Below are positions 59,701 through 64,000 of a DNA stretch of 64,000 nt, piece after piece; the stretch's first letter is position 1; each line of letters begins with the position of its first letter. The notes beneath the pieces are model-generated. The model was not told the DNA's origin. It ran no database searches and saw only the letters and a program-made list of their open reading frames with translations. The position numbers were made by a program, and so were the translations under genes. Source of the stretch: Azolla caroliniana (Eukaryota > Plantae > Polypodiophyta); contig JBHGNT010000021.1 in the NCBI GenBank assembly GCA_043228905.1, positions 2,294,001 through 2,358,000 on the forward strand. Direction: 5' to 3'.

Positions 59701-62700
59701 TCACATTATAGGTCCTTTCCTGTATTCTCTTAGTATCACTGGAACACTAGTGGGAGGGACCTAAATATGAAAACCAAATGTTAGAAATAACATAATCTAC
59801 AAAAGACTTTCGCATTAGATATGCAATAGGAAGTACTAACCATTCCCAATTCAGTTACAATCATTGAAACATAATCTGCTGGCATCGTATCATAACTGGA
59901 CAGAGGAAACATTAATCAATGAATGATAAAAAGAAAAATATGCAAGAGTTTTGAAAACCATGTGGCTATATTTTGCAATCAAGATATTTGAAAGATTCTG
60001 TCAACTTCTAAATAGAATTGTTTTAGAATTAACTAGCAATAAATTGCCCCAAATTATGGTAAGCCTGACGGATATTAACCCAATAATGGTATACTTTTTA
60101 GGATTTCATAAACATATTAACTTTGACAGTTATTTAAATATTTCTAAGCTTTATATATATCTATATCTATATATAAATATAAATAAATAAACAAACAAAC
60201 AAATAAATAAAAATAAGGATTTAGCTTTCTCAAGCATTTACGTGAGGTTCAAGAGCTGAAGATGAGAACTTTGAGACCAGCCACTTAGATCATTCAAGTC
60301 TTTCCGTCCTGGAACACTGACTAGGGCATCAGGATCACCTGCAAACGTTAATTCTTCAGGAAAACTATGCTTTATCTGATTTTAGAGGCTAAATAGATGA
60401 ACCATTCAAGTTCACATACCCAATTCATTAGAGCATATTGAATCCAACTGTACCCTCTCATGGAATTTGTATGTCTCACAGCAGATTATGACAGGAACAA
60501 GGAATGCATGCGCCACCATTCCCACACAAGCAGAGCCAACTCTTGAATACACAGTTCCATTAGACAATATGGATGATGCTCCAAGAAATACTTTAGTAGC
60601 CTCTTGCATCACATACGAAATGGCATTGATGTGTGTGTAAGTACAGCTGATACCACTGGCAAGTAACCTTCTTAGTAGCCTTTTACCTTCTAGCTTTGGC
60701 CGTGAATCTACGATAACCACTCTGAACATTCGTCCTAGTTCAAATGCATGAAGTAGAATTGACTCTACTACACATGAATAACTATATGTGAGAATCACAT
60801 CCCCATCTCTTATTTTGGTCACTGCATGCCTTGTTATCTCCTTATCGGCAAATGTAATCTTTTCGTGAATGAAATGATCTATGTCCGAGATAAGCTGAGA
60901 TTTGGACTCCGATTCAGATAGACTGATTGGTAGCTTAGCTATACGTGTCTTAAGAAACTTGATGGCATTTCCCATGCTTATAGATAGTGGCCTACATGTA
61001 GTGAGAAATGAGACATTGCTGTTAATCTTAATTGTTAAATCACGTACCAAGGTTTTTTCTTTGGGTGTAGAATAGTTTTTTATCATCCCACGGAAAGCTA
61101 ATAGCATAGCCACACAGCGGGCATTGCCACCAACAATGTCCCCAGTTACATATTGCAATCCCACCTACAACACACATCTACCAATCAACTCAAAAACCAC
61201 TCATCTCATATAGACACAATATTTCAGAAGCACCTCAAAATGAAATCATTATTATAACCACCTGGTAAATGGCAGGATGTGGATGCGCAGCATCATCATG
61301 AAAAAATTTTGCTTCTAAATTAGGCAGTTGTGTCCCATGAACAAACTGAGGAAGGTGTCGGAAAAGTTCTACTCTATTTTTTGTTTCGGTTTGCTCAAAC
61401 AAAGCTCTTTTCTTTGCCTTGGCAACTCTATGCTCATCATCAAATTGCATTCGGGGGGCTGGGATCTCCTTTCTTTTGTCTTTCTCTGGTGGTTTCTCTG
61501 TTGATGAAATAAGCTTTTTCTCTACATTTGGCTCTTTTTTTTGACTCTGTGTTTTGGATGACTTCCCAGCATTCCCTTGTTCATTTTCAGCTACTTGAAT
61601 TTCAACTGCAAATGGCCATTGAAATGGGGATTATTTATATAGCTTTAGCATAAGGCTCAATTAGCATAAGATTCAAAGGCATTCTGTACCTCAAATGATT
61701 AGATGGTACTTTTCTTCATGTTTTTCAATAATTCAAAGAAAGTTATCAATAAATATGCACTCTGTTCATCATTCTATTTAACAATGTCTTTTTAACGAAA
61801 CACATTGGCAAAGAACAAATTTTGCTTTACTACACATAAATCTAAAGAGAATCAATCAACCCAATTTTCACTGGATTCAAAATTTAATGCATGCTAACGT
61901 GACATTTTAATAATATTTAACCATTTGTATGCTCATTACATTATCATTTGAATAATATTTAACCATTTTTATATGTCTACTTCTTATAATATGTACCTAC
62001 CTTCAAAATTTAAGGCCTAGAAGACTACCTTATCATTATTAGTAGCAAATTTATCTCAAAATGGACCCTTTAAAAGAAATAACCACTCATGAAAACTTGT
62101 TCAAGCTTTAGGTATATTCAAAAGGTCATCTATAATTTATATTTTATGGTGGAAGTGAACGATAGCAAAAAGTTCAAGTCTCTATAATGTTTAGTATATT
62201 CAAAATATAAGCACTCTAACAAGCTTACATAGGGTCTAGAGTCTGAGAACATTCTCAAGAGCCTAGGATTTACAATCTAGAACATTCTTATATTGCACAC
62301 ATTTTTGTTTTTCATCTGAAAAAGCAATAAATACATGACCATTATATACTTTATAATTTAATCCTCGTTTTATTGTTAGAACAAAATAATTTAAGATATT
62401 CCTTGAAAGTGTAACAAAGTCAAAAGTCAAATTGTAATAATACTAGAAAAACCAATCATCCATAAGCCTTTATAAGCAATCTAAACTAAAGCTCATTCAC
62501 TACAGGTGATAAAGTTTTAAGAAAATAGAAGGATCAAGTGGAAACAGCTACCAAAAAGCATGTCCTATTACACAGGATCGTAAAAAGAGTTTTCTATGAA
62601 TCTTGGCTTCCAAGAATACTCAACCATTCTCTAGCCGGTTATTTCTTTAAAATTATAACACAATTTCCAGCCATTCTCTAATTAACAACATTTTAAAGAT

Positions 62701-62850
62701 TTAGAAAACATAAACTAACTGTTAACAGAGTAAATAATTTCCAACCACTCTCTCGAGCTGCTCTTTTTGCCTCCCGATCAGCCTCCTGCTTTGCTCGCCG
62801 TTCAGCTTTCGTTGTCCTCTCTTTTAATGGTTTCATGCTTGCCTGTTGAT
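59701..62850 (-). CDS. EIF2B4: Translation initiation factor eIF2B delta subunit (3' part; upstream exons beyond window)
   Basis: Exons 62850-62746 (KERTTKAERRAKQEADR), 61605-61262 (RVELFRHLPQF...HPAIYQ), 61164-60420 (GGNARCVAML...CRPLSISMGNAI...VVIVDSRPKLEG...ETYKFHERVQLDSICSNEL), 60338-60242, 59895-59841 and 59760-59701 (VPPTSVPVILREY...*). Phases are consistent. Confidence 0.95.
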
Positions 62851-63719
62851 CTGAAAATTATAATAGTCTCTCTTTTCCTTTTATTAATAACACTATAGTA
62901 TTATACACTACAAATAGATACACAAACAATTATGACACCATAACCACTGCAGGATTCCCCATGGACTATCCCCACAAGAAACAAGGAAATATAAAATAGT
63001 CCAGCTGCAATGGGACGTACATCATGTGATCAATTATAAGATAACATTGAAAGAGGAAGTAACAGATACAATGACATGGGATGTGAGTGAAAGGAAGTTT
63101 GTATGCACAACGATGTCATGGGCCAATGTATGTGGTGGTGATATGATCTCTAACTCACCTTTTATGCATATGATGAGTAAAGGAAAGAATGTAGAAAGTA
63201 TATGTTCCCAAGAATTGAAAGAATGCTAATGACAATTGAAGAACAATGCCTTCTGCATGATCAAGGATATATAAATTAACGCCTTTTACAAAATGGTATA
63301 TAAGACTAAACAAGAAATTACATCTTGAAATGTTGCCTTATCTTTGAGAACAGCAAACCAAAATAACTTAACTAAATAGAAAAAATTTCACTAAAGAAGA
63401 GAATGTCAATAAAGAATCTTGCCATATATAAAAGTAAGATTCTCTAAGTCCGATAAAAATGTTCTCTAGCATAGGTCGATCTAGAATGGAGAATACACAT
63501 TATGGCGGCATTTTGGATGTGAATGTGTATGCCACACCAAGTAGGAAACAAGGCGTTGCTCATTCAAGAGAAAAGCCTATACTATGCACAATGGCTAACA
63601 ATACAAAGATGAGGATCATACTTGAAAATAGTTAGGTGTACCTCATAGGTACATAATGCTTTGTGAGTGAAGATCATACAATTTCACAAAAAATACCTGT
63701 CAAAAAGCAACGAATTGAA

Positions 63720-64000
63720 GTATGAATTGGTGTACAAATGCTTACAAGGAGTATAAATTGGATTAAAACTTTACATAAAGTTGGAGATGTAAATAATGTG
63801 AAGAACTATCGCACATTATGGTTGACTCACTTATGATGGAGCATTTGGATGTTTATTGGAAAGGAATCAAAGATAAGTGCATGTGTTGAAGAAATTGGTA
63901 ATGGGGCTTATGGACAAGTTGTCTTTCCCAAACACAATAGCATCACCTATCATCTTGTCACCCGTCGAGCATTAATGGAAGAAATTCACTTGAGAGGGAG
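63720..64000 (+). mobile_element. RTE-like LINE fragment in an eIF2B-delta intron (antisense), runs off window
   Basis: HKVGDVNNVKNYRT and AYGQVVFPKHNSITYHLVTRRALMEE are degenerate equivalents of the K.GD....NYRT and Q.GFR...ST.DH..TLR.L.E motifs. Confidence 0.7.

Overview
This is AT-rich land-plant nuclear DNA with spliceosomal GT-AG introns. The PLS-PPR motif style (e.g. HAEIERQGLLERDL.VGNALIDMYAKCG) suggests a fern, which is an inference only. I reconstructed eight genes by hand. In order they are: a PLS-class PPR gene (minus, runs off the left edge); ASR gene 1; an At5g39570/PLDrp1-like gene; ASR gene 2, with a prion-like N-terminus; 40S ribosomal protein uS5/RPS2; an unassigned two-exon gene; a complete 25-coding-exon TOPLESS/TPR corepressor gene (1135 aa); and the 3' part of eIF2B-delta. 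Intergenic DNA holds a hAT-type MITE family (two copies with 8-bp TSDs), a 3-bp-TSD MITE, RTE and L1 LINE fragments, Copia/Gypsy relics, a solo LTR, and many local tandem duplications. There are three main leads. (1) Within 16 kb, three low-complexity, His-tailed stress proteins (ASR / PLDrp1-like / ASR) form a cluster, and a palindrome-rich, CpG-retaining tandem array sits in the middle gene's promoter. (2) A 21-nt duplicate of the exon-7 splice acceptor in TOPLESS intron 6 would give a WD40-less, N-terminal-domain-only or NMD isoform. (3) An out-of-frame overlapping uORF and tandem acceptors lie at the PPR start. All functional interpretations are inferences, and no database searches were run.
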